64,000 nt of DNA from Eledone cirrhosa (Eukaryota). Made by a program: the position numbers and the translations under genes. The DNA is taken from contig OZ024746.1 of assembly GCA_964016885.1 (NCBI GenBank), positions 49,352,001 to 49,416,000 of the forward strand. Direction: 5' to 3'. Positions 24,738 to 37,085 of the stretch are shown here, one piece after another; the stretch's first letter is position 1, and each line of letters opens with the position of its first letter. The notes under the pieces were generated by a model. The model had not been told where the DNA came from and did no database searches. It saw nothing but the letters and a program-made list of their open reading frames with translations.

Positions 24738-26117
24738 TTATTATTATTATTATTATTATTACAGTTGCATTTATCTTGCTTTATGTTCATACGAGTTATC
24801 ACCAAGTCACAACCAGTGACCTCAAGAGACAACAAGGTCCGCCATGTTCAAGAAAGAACATACACACTCACACATGCATCTTTAGTGTTTAGACTTGTGA
24901 TGTACTTATATTGACAGAATCTTCCTTAGTATATGGGCAGTTCCCATTAGTACTATCTTTTGTATTTCTCCTATACGCGGGTTTCCTGGGATTTGCGATA
25001 AGTAATCATTAGACCCCTTAGGTATCATTCCCAGAGCGCCCACAACCACTGGTATTGTTTTAGTTCTCAATTTCCACATTTTTCCAATTTCTATCTCCAG
25101 GTCCTTATACTTGCTCAATTTTTCAAATGTTTTTATAGATACATTCTTGTCTATTGGAACGGACATATCAATTAGCAGGCATACCTTCTTTTGAAAGTCC
25201 TTCAATATTATATCAGGTCTATTTGCATCTATTTTTCGGTTTGTTTGGATGCTAAAGTTCCACAAGATTGAGATGTGATCTTTTTCAAGTATGGGAGGTG
25301 GTTGATGCTCCCACCAATTCTTTTGATGGGGCAGGTCAAAATGCTTACACATTATCCAATGTATGTATTGTGCAGCTCTGCCATGCCTGTTTAGGTATTC
25401 GGTTGGAGCTATAGGACTGCACATTGAAATTATATGGTCAATGGTCTCTGGTTGTTTTTTACATACACGGCATAATGGGCTGCATCCATTTTTTATTATG
25501 TTGGCTTGGTAATTTTTTGTTTGCAGACACTGATCTTGTGCTGATATAATCAGTCCTTCAGTCTCCGATTTCAGTCCAGAGGATGCTAACCACTGATGGG
25601 TTAAAGTTTTGTCAACATCAGGATTGTTAGCTCGTTCTGGGTATTTTCCATACAGAGGCTTTTCTTGCCATTTCTTAGCCAGTTTCTGTAGCAGTTCTTT
25701 CTTTGCAGTTACTTTTACCTGCTTTGCTTTTTCTGTGTCTTCCATTTCAGCAGTAAATGGGACTTCTGAAATTTGTAGTCTATTACTGTATCTTTGTGCA
25801 TCTTTTGTAATGGAATATGATCTTTTGATGCTTTCGTGTTTCAAAACGAGTTTGATCATCCAATCATGTGATTCCCTTAGATATGTAGATAATCCAATTG
25901 TTGCAGTTTTCAACGCAATGTCTGACTGGACTAACCCACGTCCTCCTTCTTTCCTAGGGAGATATATTCTATCTATATCTGCCTTAGGGTGATGCATTCT
26001 GTGCATGGTTAAGAATTTTCGAATTTTTGTATCGAGCCTACGGATCTCTGTGCTTGACCAGTTGATGACATTGTAACTGTAGGTTGCTACTGGTATGGCA
26101 AACGTGTTTATGGCGTG

Positions 26118-26120
<3 letters not shown>
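24682..26120 (-). mobile_element. R4/Dong family A copy 3, 5'-truncated, variant 3' end
   Basis: ORF 24906-26006 (CCHC + RLE). 3' end reads TGCAACTG(TAA)n; tail at 24682-24760. Confidence 0.95.
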
Positions 26121-26174
<54 letters not shown>

Positions 26175-26188
26175 GAATTATTATTATT
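26119..26188. repeat. (TTA)n microsatellite between Dong copy 3 and the Tx1-like element
   Basis: Direct inspection. Confidence 0.95.
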
Positions 26189-26577
26189 GTTGACGAGGCG
26201 CGGTTCTGTAAGGTATTGTAAATTTTGACCGCTATAACAATTGTAAATTATTTAAAACTTTAACCAAATTGTAGACAAAAACACCCTCCTCCTCGTGAGA
26301 GGGTTCTTTCTGTCCGTTATTTGGCCCTTCGGGGTTAAATAACCGCTTATTGGCGTTTTGTGCCCAATATTTATTTTAAACAAAAAAAAACATGGCTACG
26401 AAAAAGAATTTTCACAAGTCACTCACACTCATTCCGTCTTCTTCTTCCTCAATCGTCACTACAGCAGAGAGAAGATTGTCTCTCTCTCTCCCTTCTCTAA
26501 ATGTGTCTCTCCCCCTCCCTTCTCTTTCGCAAGCGACGCCAGTAAAGTAAAATAGTTTCCAAAATCACGTGCAAAAC

Positions 26578-28560
26578 ATGAAACATTTCTCCACGACGGC
26601 GACAACGACGAAAAAGGTGTGCGGTAAATACGAAAACCCATTTCATTCGTCTGACGTCATGAATAATAGCAGTAGCAGCCTTAATAACAGTAGCAGCAGC
26701 AACAGTGACAAGGAAAACAACAGTAGCAGACGAAACAGCATCGGCAGCAGCATAAACAACAGCACTAGCAGCAACAGCAACAACAACAGCAACAGCAGCA
26801 ACAACAACAACAACCACAGCAACAGCGGCGGCGACAGTAGTCGTAGTACCTGCAGCAACAACAAAAGTAACAGCAGCTCTGACGACAACAACAACAACAA
26901 CAACAGCAGCAACGAAAAACCAATCTCGTTTGCAGGTATCGCAAAGGATCTGCAAACTATCCTCATAACGAATGAGGAATTACAGGAAGCGAAGAAGATG
27001 GTGACGAAAACCGGACACCGAGCAATCTGCAAGGCAGCCGAAAAATGTTTAGAAACCCAACAGCACTGTACGGTCACGTACCGTACAGTAAGCACAAAAT
27101 CCCTTAGGGTCTGTGTGGCAGCGGAAAACGCATATCACCCGAGGCAAGAAATATGCCACCGTAGACGTGCTTTTTGCCACACCCCAGGAGGCAAAGGCTC
27201 AATCCTTAGTGACCCTAAGGAGCGAGGAAATGGTGTTGGTGTCCTCCTACTGCGGGCCAAAAATTGTGAGGGTCAAACTGACCCCCCCCCCCCCCCCCCC
27301 CCCACCCCACCGGGATGGCCCCTTCTTGGCTGGCCGCGTCTGTCCTCGTTGGAATGAAGGACAAAACAACTGTACTGCAAGTACAGAAAAGAGTAAGAGA
27401 AGATTGGGTCGGCACCTCCATTGAGATGTTAATCCAAACCAACCAGGAGTGCATCGAAGCTATCCCGGATGTGATAGACTTCGATAACGGCACTCAACTG
27501 CCTATAAGTGTTGAGGGCAAACGCCCGAAATGCTTTCGCTCTGGATCGAAGACTCACCTCAGGGCCTTCTGCAACGAGAAGACCCTGAGAAAGGAGAAAG
27601 CCCCCTCCTTCCGAAACCGGCTCCACTGCTACCAGCAACAGGACAAGCGGCAACCAGGAACTATAGGTCCGTGGCACCCATACCCACGCCGCGGAAATCA
27701 AGAATAGCAACAGCAGTGGAAGTATTAACAACAACAACAGTAATACCAACTGCAGTTCCAACAGAGACTCCACTGCAAACATCACCAACAACAAGTGAAA
27801 GAGTGGGGCTGGTACCCCTCCACGACATCACACAATCAGACATGGAGTGTGAGGTGAGAGAGGGATGGCAAAAGGTCGCAAGAAGGCACAAACGCTGAAG
27901 CAGCGCATCGTCGCCTTCGAAAAGGGAGGAAAGAAATGAAAAAAGGGCAAAGACTACTGCAAAGAGACTCACAGCAGCAACACCACCAACACAATCACCA
28001 CCGACACTAGCACCACCATCACCACCGGCGACAACCCCACCGCCAACAACAACAACACCTTCAACACCACCACCACAAGCACCAACATCGCAAACACAAC
28101 AACAAAACACACACACCCAGCAGCAACGACAAGAAAATAGCAGAACCACACCTCACCCCCAGAAAAACAAATGCACAGCAATAAATACACACAAGAAACT
28201 AATGACTTACATAATTGAACACACAGACATTTCACAGCACGACTACATAATACCAGCACCAATCAAAACACCAACGAACATAAGACTGGTAAGAATTACA
28301 CAGAAACAATACACAAACATTAAAGCGAAATTCCCCAACGCAGTTGGTGATTTCAGAGACCTAGGAGGGACTCTCAACCGGAGAGTATATTCGGACATAC
28401 TCATAGAAGAGTCGACGACCAGCCGAGGGGACGATTCAACGGTCCCTTCACCAGACGATCAAGTGAAAAGGGATGGAGAAACCATCCTTCCTCTACGAAA
28501 AGTACGGTAAGTGGTCTTTCCCATCTTTTCCACTCCATTTTAAACATGACCTCACTCAGA
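26578..28560 (+). pseudogene. Tx1-like ORF1 (gag-like), several frameshifts
   Basis: N/S-rich leader, ISFAGIAK motif, degenerate knuckle KCFRSGSKTHLRAFC, P/T-rich tract, EGWQKVARR. Split over frames 26569, 27113, 27315, 27530, 28202 and 28473. Confidence 0.7.
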
Positions 28561-31500
28561 ATAGGCAGCATAAATGCGCGTGGCTTGGGGTCGTCATGGA
28601 AGCAGAGACGCCTGCTCAACGACCTCAGGTCACTAAACATAGATGTAGTGGCCATCAGCGAGACCAGAATCTCCGAAGCACGGGCCTTCGCACCGATCTT
28701 CGGCGGCTACGATGTGTACGCATCTCCCAGCCGTCCTGGATCGGGGGGAGGAGTTGCTGTGCTTTTTCGGAGAGGTTTCGATCTCGCCATACGGGACATC
28801 TTCCTAGACCCAGAGGGTAAGTTGGTGGTGCTGGACGTGACCAGCGGAGACGGGCAAGCTTTCAGGCTAGTGGCCGTCTATGCCCCGACAGGAGCAGGGC
28901 GGCCTGATTTCTTCCGGTGTCTGGAGACCTTTCTTGGAACGTCCCGCTCTTTAGTGTTAGTGGGCGACTGGAACGGGACCTTAGATGCACGCTGGGACTG
29001 TGTGGGATTAGCTGATAGGGGAGTAGGGTGCAAGAGCCTCACCAACCTGCTCACGCGTTTTGAACTGTCTGACAGGTACCGATTAGATTTCCCGAATGTG
29101 CCAATGTGGACTTGGACAAATCGGATAGGGTCATCCAGATCATATCTAGATAGAGTATTTTGTAGGGAAATAGATAGGTCTAGCATAGGCTGTCCACAAT
29201 TCAAGATAGTCAGCTATACGGACCACAAATTCGTGATCTGTGTGCTTGACTTAGACAGGTTTCATAGACGAGGACCCGGCTACTGGAAGCTAAACGCGTC
29301 ATTAACAGCGCGCAAGGCCTACAGAGACCGGATTAGCGATCTAGTTAAGCGGGCGTTGACAGGGGCCATCGTCAACAACAAGTGGTGGTTTGCTCTGAAA
29401 AGAGCGATTAGAATAGAGTCCATTAGGTTTAGTAAAGCTTTAGCAATAGAGAAAAATAGAGCAGAGGGAGAACTAGTTAGAAAATTAGACGAGGCGCTTA
29501 GCAAAGGCGTCGCGACCGACGTGCTTGCGGCGAAATTGGACCTTGACCAATTCTTCAATGCAAAGCACGAAGGCTGCGTTGTCAGAGCTAGGGTGCGTGC
29601 TCTCAGACACGAGGGGACGAAAACCGTTCAATGGGCCAGACTGGCGGAGGCGCGTCGTGGCAACAAAGCCACGATCCGGTCTTTGGTGGACCACGACGGG
29701 CGCATCTCGATCCCGGGCAAATGTGTGAAGCTTTTCAGCGACACTTCGCTCAGCTGTTCGGGGGAAGCGGTGGGCCGGATCGAGGGATGAACTTTAGTGT
29801 CTACCTCGACAGACTGCCGCGGCTCTCGGCCACTGAGGCGGAGTGTTGCGAAAAGTCGATAACAGCCGCTGAAGTACGGGAGGCAATGACTGGCTGCACA
29901 AGGGGTAAATCGCCTGGTTTGGATGGTCTGCCCTATGAACTTTACGTACAAATGCCAGACTTGTTCGGAGGCCTCTTGGCGGACGTCTACTGCAACTGGC
30001 AATAGAACGGGAGAAATCCCAGCTCTGTGAACCGAGGAGCGGTGGCACTGCTGAGAAAGGATCCGAACAAGGGGGATAACAGATAATTTCAGGCCCATAA
30101 CTCTGCTAAACACAGAGTTCAAGATTTTGGCCAAGGTGCTAGCAAAGAGGTTGGCGCTTGTCGTTGGTGGTCTGGTGGGAGAGGCGCAGACATGCGCCAT
30201 TCCCGACAGATCCATCCACGACGACCTCCACCTCATGCGATGCATCGTAGAGAGGGTAGCTAGGGAACCTGGCACGGGTGGGTCTTTGATCAATTTAGAT
30301 CAGTCGAAAGCTTTCGATAGGGTCGACCATCGTTACCTAGCGGCAGTCCTGAGGGCGGCTGGCTTTGGGCCCGTCTTCAGAGGCTGGATCGCTGCCATGC
30401 ACAGCGACATCTGCTCTGTGGTGAGAGTGAACGGTCACCTTTCGGAACCGTTCAACATCATGCGCTCGGTCCGCCAAGGATGTCCCCTCTCGTCCCTCTT
30501 GTACGTATTAACTCTCGAGCCATTACTGCACAAACTGGAGACGTTGAGGAGCGTCCCGCGCGAACTAGGATGCGGAAGATCTGTGTCAGCATATGCGGAC
30601 CGTAGTGGTGTCGAACGCCAAACACATCGAGGCGATCTGCACTACACTAAGAGAATACGAAGCGGTGACAGGAGCAATGATCAACCAGGAAAAGTCAGTG
30701 GGCCTGCAGCTCGGCACCTGGAGAGGCAGGTCCATGCCATCCAACAGCGTCGTAGGACGCTTGACGGACGGACCGGTTAAATTGCTAGGGGTCTAGTTCG
30801 GTCCGGACCTCCAGACGGACAAAAACTGGGACGAGGTGACAAGCAGGGTGACTTCTCTCACCCAGAATTGGGCGGAGAGGAAGCTATCCCTGAAAGGTCG
30901 AGCGGAGGTGGCTAACGCGTACATCGCGTCTGTCATCTGCTACCGCCTGACCGTCGTACCTTGTCCTAAGCCCCGCCTGACTGCGCTGGAGCGTTTGCTC
31001 TTTTGCTTTTTGTGGAAGGGACGCGCTCCGATGGTCAGGCGGTCCATCTGTTGTCAACACCTACTACGTGGAGGGCTGGGCATGCCGTGGCTGATGATGC
31101 GCAGACACGCGCTCAGGCTACGACATCTCCACATCTTCCTCGACGGTGATCAGGTGTGGTCTCCGTTTGCTAGACGCGTCTTTCCCCAGCTTGTCTCCTT
31201 GACGGAGCTGCAGTCCTGGGTCAAGCGAAGACTGAGAGGGAGCGCTTGGAGACTGGAATGTCTTCAGGCGCTCACAGCCCTCGACCAATCGGGCAATGTG
31301 ATCGGTGGAAACTCCACCTTGGCGTTCTATAGAGGATTAGTGGAGGGGAAGAGCGACGACGTACTTGGGGAAACTCTAGGCGTCGACGAAAATCAACTAG
31401 CCAATCTCTTCGGAAGAACTTTCGGGCCGGGGCCTATGGACAACTTCCAGAAATCCCTGGCCTGGCAGTGCTACCGAGGAGCTTTGCCAGTTCGCGATAA

Positions 31501-31957
31501 ACTCTACAGGCATGGAGGTGCCGTCAGCCGGGAATGTCCGAGATGTGCGCAGGGCGACGAAACCGTCCTGCACGCACTCGTCCAGTGTCCGAGCATTGCT
31601 GACTTGTGGGTTTATGTCGAACACCTGCTGTCGCGTGTGGGACGGATCCAGCTATCAGCTGAGTCCATCGTCAGGATTGCCCCGCCCCCGCCCTCTTCCT
31701 TTAGCCGGGAAGGGCAGGCAGTTTTTATCTGTCTTGTGGCCATGGCGAAAGAGATAGTATGATGGACACGTTTGAAAGGGCTGAAGACGAGCACTTACCT
31801 CTTCGATGATGCCCTGATTAACTTTTTCAAATTTCATTTGAAAAGGAAAATCAGGGTAGAAAGGGAAGTGCTTTCTTCCCAGCATTTTTTTGAAAGATGG
31901 GTGAGAGAGGCAAGATTGGCCCGAGTGAATGGGCCTACTCTGAGTATGTGTCTGTAA
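28546..31957 (+). pseudogene. Tx1-like ORF2 (APE endonuclease, RT, C-terminal zinc finger) with frameshifts and stops
   Basis: SINARGL, ISET, VYAP, GDWN, YLDR, TDH, WKLN; KSPGLDG, NFRPITLLN, DQSKAFDRV, RQGCPLS, YAD (frameshift ~30600); CPRC-X7-H-X4-C. Stops at 30003, 30794 and 31760. Confidence 0.93.
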
Positions 31958-32205
31958 ATTAAAGGTGGAAAACTGGGAGCGGGCACTTGCCTGGTGGTCA
32001 GGGTCACTGTGGCTTTTTAATGGGCTTTCTCCACGAATCACCCTCGGAAGTCTCCCCCCTATTTGGGAATTTTTTCATTGTTCTATTATTACATCCTCTG
32101 TTTCTTGTTTTCTACACGCAGAAATACCCATTTGTATCGCCTTGTATTGTCCTGTACTGTCCTTAATGTCTACTTTATGTAGACCCTTGTTGTTAATAAA
32201 GAAAG

Positions 32206-32206
<1 letters not shown>

Positions 32207-32240
<34 letters not shown>

Positions 32241-33548
32241 TTTGAGTCTCAGTCATTGATGTTAGTTAACTGGAAAGTTTGTTGAAATGAATATCAAGCC
32301 ACTACCTGCAGCCTCAGATATTCAGGACGTATCGGAGGGTTCCTGCTGTTCCCAGCAAGCATGCCTTTTGAAGCGTTCCAAAAAGCGTGAAGGGGCCAGT
32401 TTTCTTTAACCATCCCTGGAAACTTTTTGAGATAGTACCTAGTGAGCCTATGACAATCGGGACCACTTTGACTTCATGGCAGTTCCAAATTCTTTTTACC
32501 TCCCACTTTAAGTCCTGGTATCGGTTAATTTTCTCCCTCTCCTTCTCTTGTACTCTCGTGTAGAATGGGCAGGCCACATCCACAATCAGGCACAATCTTT
32601 TTTCCTTGTCCAAAACCACCAGGTCAGATCTATTGTGTTCCAGTTTCTTGTCCGTCTGTATCCTAAAATCCCACAGCACCTTCACCTGATCGTTTTCTAT
32701 CACCGACTCTGGCTTATGCTCATACCACTTCTCAGAATGTGGTAAATTGTTTACTTTGCATAGGTGCCAGTGGATCACCCTGCCCATCATATCATGTCTC
32801 CAGCCCTTATAGTGAGTCTGGGCTAGGTGTTTACACTCGGATACAATGTGAGCCACAGTCTCCTCTGTCTCTCCACAGATCCTGCACAGTGTGCTAGCCT
32901 CCTCCTTGTAAATATGGTGTTTCAACCACTTTGTTTTGAGGGCCTGCTCTTGCGCAGCCATTAACATTCCTTCTGTAGCCTTTTTAAGGTCTCCTCTTTT
33001 CAACCAGTTCTATGTCTGTGGATCTCTGAATTCAGTTTTCTCAAAGAAGGTACTATGAAGGGATTTTTCCTGACGGCTGCTCTTTCTCCTTGTTATTTCT
33101 TCCTTGGACATCCCCTGGTCTATTGTCCTCTCCTTCAGTACAGTTCTGAGCATTGGTTCCTTACTATCAGTCACGTATTTGTGTAGGTTGTTTTTCTCCA
33201 TCTGAACACAGTCCTCTATGCCGATAAGGCCTCTTCCACCTTCAGATCTCCTTAAGTAGAGTCTATCGACATCACTCCTCTTGTGGAACATGTTGTAGAT
33301 AGTCAATAGCTTCCTAGTCTTCCTATCCATTTCTTTTTGTTCAGCAACATTCCATCTCAGAATTCCCGCACTGTACCTAATAATAGACACAGCTCGGGTA
33401 TTTACTGCAGTTATGGCATTCCTATTGTTCAGATGTGTCTTTAATACGCTCCTTACTCTCCGAATGTATTCAGTTCTTATCAATTCCTTCATTTTTTTGT
33501 TCTTGATGTCATCAGCCTCCAGAACACCCAAATACTTGTATCCTTCTA
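32207..33548 (-). mobile_element. R4/Dong family B copy 2, 5'-truncated, with (TAA)n tail
   Basis: YKYLG..GGRGL, then CRICGETEETVAHIVSEC and RSDLVVLD..IVDVACP..K..RYQDL. Premature TAG at 33010-33012. Confidence 0.92.
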
Positions 33549-33559
33549 TTATTATTATT

Positions 33560-33610
33560 GTACCAGTAATGCACTGGGTAATTGCTGGCCTTGTGCCTAA
33601 AGTAGAAACA
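33560..33610 (+). mobile_element. SINE 3' fragment inserted in (ATT)n between two Dong copies
   Basis: GTACCAGTAATGCACTGGGTAATTGCTGGCCTTGTGCCTAAAGTAGAAACA with ATT repeats on both sides. Confidence 0.92.
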
Positions 33611-33626
33611 ATTATTATTATTATTA

Positions 33627-33663
<37 letters not shown>

Positions 33664-34579
33664 CATTACAGTTGCATTTATCTTGCTTTATGTTCATACG
33701 AGTTATCACCAAGTCACAACCAGTGACCTCAAGAGACAACAAGGTCCGCCATGTTCAAGAAAGAACATACATACTCACACATGCATCTTTAGTGTTTAGA
33801 CTTGTGATGTAATTATATTGACAGAATCTTCCTTAGTATATGGGCAATTCCCATTAGTACTATCTTTTGTATTTCTCCTATACGCGGGTTTCCTGGGATT
33901 TGCGATAAGTAGTCATTAGACCCCTTAGGTATCATTCCCAGAGCGCCTACAACCACTGGTATTGTTTTAGTTCTCAATTTCCACATTTTTCCCATTTCTA
34001 TCTCCAGGTCCTTATACTTGCTCAATTTTTCAAATGTTTTTATAGATACATTCTTGTCTATTGGAACAGACATATCAATTAGCAGGCATACCCTCTTTTT
34101 AAAGTCCTTCAATATTATATCAGGTCTATTTGCATCTATTTTTCGGTCTGTTTGGATGCTAAAGTTCCACAAGATTGAGATGTGATCTTTTTCAAGTGTG
34201 GGAGGTGGTTGATGCTCCCACCAATTCTTTTGATGGGGCAGGTCAAAATGCTTACACATTATCCAATGTATGTATTGTGCAGCTCTGTCATGCCTGTTTA
34301 GGTATTCGGTTGGAGCTATAGGACTGCACATTGAAATTATATGGTCAATGGTCTCTGGTTGTTTTTTGCATACACGGCATAATGGGCTGCATCCATTTTT
34401 TATTATGTTGGCTTGGTAATTTTTTGTTTGCAGACACTGATCTTGTGCTGATATAATCAGTCCTTCAGTCTCCGATTTCAGTCCAGAGGATGCTAACCAC
34501 TGATGGGTTAAAGTTTTGTCAACATCAGGATTGTTAGCTCGTTCTGGGTATTTTCCATACAGAGGCTTTTCTTGCCATT
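33611..34579 (-). mobile_element. R4/Dong family A copy 4, 5'-truncated, same 3' variant as copy 3
   Basis: Matches 24760-25673; RLE ORF 33813-34331. Confidence 0.95.
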
Positions 34580-35029
34580 AAATAGTATTTAGAAAACGTG
34601 AGGGGAAACACAAACACAAGAACAATTCCCGCTCATCGGCTGTCTTCTGTTTCGAACACGTTAAAGAAAGTTCATTTCACCACAGTGCGTAAATTGCTAT
34701 ATATGACTATTCAATATTTATTTTAGTGAGAATATTTCTGACATTCTAAGTAAAATGGGGCAACACTGAAAATTATGTTAATACATTAATTGTTAATGTG
34801 GCGCCTATATTTTTGAAACATGATGTTTCGATCATCATTTAACATTTTACGAGCCATCTGTACCAGACTATTATTTATTTTACACAAAATCTCAGTTTGT
34901 ACATAAAACTGTGCTTTTGTACACAGTGTAGAGTGTTACTGACAGACATTGGAGTAGAGGTAACATATTCATAAAGATACTCCGCTTAGTGAATGTCGTT
35001 GTTATCGTCGTCACCGTTGTTGTTGGGTT

Positions 35030-35055
35030 TTGTTGTTGTTGTTGTTGTTGTTGAT

Positions 35056-35087
<32 letters not shown>

Positions 35088-35088
35088 A
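35030..35088. repeat. (GTT)n and (GAT)n microsatellites
   Basis: Direct inspection. Confidence 0.9.
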
Positions 35089-35705
35089 GGCGCGGGGTGA
35101 TTTTTGCTGTTGTTTTTGTTGTTGTTGTCGATGTTTTGTCCCAGGTTTCAAGTCAGAACTGTCACAAGAAATCTATAAAAAGAAAAAACAGTCTTTAAAG
35201 ATGTAACTATCCTGTTTTGTATTTTGTTTTTACATGTTTTACTAAGAATAAAATTTCCGATGTATCCTTTTCTTTTTTCAAGATAGTAAATTAGAGTTGT
35301 TTTTTTTTCGGCAGGGGCTAGGGGCGGATTTAGTTGCTATTCTGACAAGTCGAAACACTGCATAGAAGTTCCTGCGGTGCCTCATAATCGATGTTGATAT
35401 ATGTCTTGTACTCATTTTGGCTTCAATTACCTTCAATTAGGCAGTTATTGACCTTTTCGAATGTATTAGCATTACGATTACTGTTTCTCTCTATTCTCCC
35501 TTTTCTCTCTCTTCTCCCTCACTCTCTCTCTCTCCCTCCCCCTCTCTCACTCTCTATCTCTCTCTTCTCTCACTCTTTCTTATCTAAATATTTGAGTATA
35601 TGCCTATGTAAGATAGTAAGATTGTCGATAATGAAATGTAACATGAAGTAGCGTCTCTTTCATAAATATGAGGCATGCTATGCTTGCATTATTTATATAT
35701 CAATA

Positions 35706-36168
35706 GGGCGGTGGATTGGTAGTATCGGTAGAGGGTCGGACGCCATGCTTTCCAGCATAGTTACGTCCCTTTGCGGTCTAAGTTCAAATCCCGCCGAGGT
35801 TAACTTTGCTTTCATCCTTACGGGGTCGATAAAATAAAGTCCCAGTAATGTTCTGGGTAATTGATGGCCTTGTGCCTAAAGTAGAAACAATTATTTATAT
35901 ATCAATAAAGTACCAGTAATGCACTGGATAATTGCTGGCCTTGTGCCTAAAGTAGAAACAATTATTTATATATCAATGTAAATATAAGGGAGGTGGGTTG
36001 ATAGTATTGGTAGAACGTCAGACACCATGCTTTGCAACACAGAGTTACGGCCATTTATGTTCTGAGTTCAAATCCCGCCGAGGTTAGCTTTGCCTTTCAT
36101 CCTTAGTAGGTCGATAAAATAAAGCACCAGTAATTCACTGGAATAATTGCTGGCCAAAAATAGAAACA
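35706..36168 (+). mobile_element. Three tandem SINE copies (35706-35889 full, 35908-35960 tail, 35986-36168 diverged)
   Basis: Separated and flanked by ATTATTTATATAT(C/A)AAT at 35688, 35890, 35961 and 36169. Confidence 0.94.
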
Positions 36169-36423
36169 ATTATTTATATATAAATGAACGTAAATAATGA
36201 AAATAACGAATATTGCTTTTCATATAAATCTTTTATTTATTTTCATAGGAAACAGCTGGAAGGACGGCACATGTTATATGCGTCCTATTTCAATTATATG
36301 GTTTTGAATAATAAAGTTATACGTTCTGGACCAGTTAAAATGTAAATTCTGCGTATGAAGATCTTTATAGATTCTCACCTCTCTCTTTCGTAAATTCTCT
36401 TTTATTCTGTCTTTCATTCACCT

Positions 36424-36597
<174 letters not shown>

Positions 36598-37041
36598 TCC
36601 TTCCATCACTTTCTTAATTCTAAATTCGATTACGATTTTTTTTCATTTTTAATTGAACGTGATATTATAAAATCGTCCCTTTGGAAAACGATCAAAGGTC
36701 TCTTCCCTATTATGCAATCGATTTCTCCCATCTAAAACTTCAAGAAGAAAATCTATAATAGGAACATCATCTGCGTATTTGAAAAGAGACATGATTGAAA
36801 CAGTTGTGTTGGTTTGATCTTCGATTGTCCCACAGGAGTTACTATTGTAAACGTACTGGGAATTACAGCTTCTTCTCTATATCAACACAGTCGTATTCCA
36901 TGTAAAACATTACATTACCAGAGAGGAAAATATATGAGAAAATATCATTGATTTGTTAAAATAAAGCTAAAGCTAGAAGTATCTATTACTTTCAATCTTT
37001 ATTTCCGACAAGAGATTTTTGCATTTAATGTGTGTTTCAAA

Positions 37042-37085
<44 letters not shown>

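Larger units (their letters stand above)
26189..32206 (+). mobile_element. Apparently full-length Tx1/L1-group LINE (APE type), inactivated, flanked on both sides by (TTA)n
   Basis: 5' UTR, ORF1 pieces, ORF2 pieces and a 3' UTR with AATAAA at 32195-32200, followed by (ATT)n at 32207-32239. Confidence 0.9.

Noticed and set aside
18281-25992. Antisense ORFs MSTSGLLARSG repeated three times
   Set aside because: Shadow frames on the opposite strand of the Dong ORF, repeated only because the element is repeated.
34580-34700. Minus-strand CCGATGAGCGGGA with nearby GAAAC, resembling a hammerhead
   Set aside because: The core is mutated and I could not close stems II and III. At most a Penelope-like remnant.
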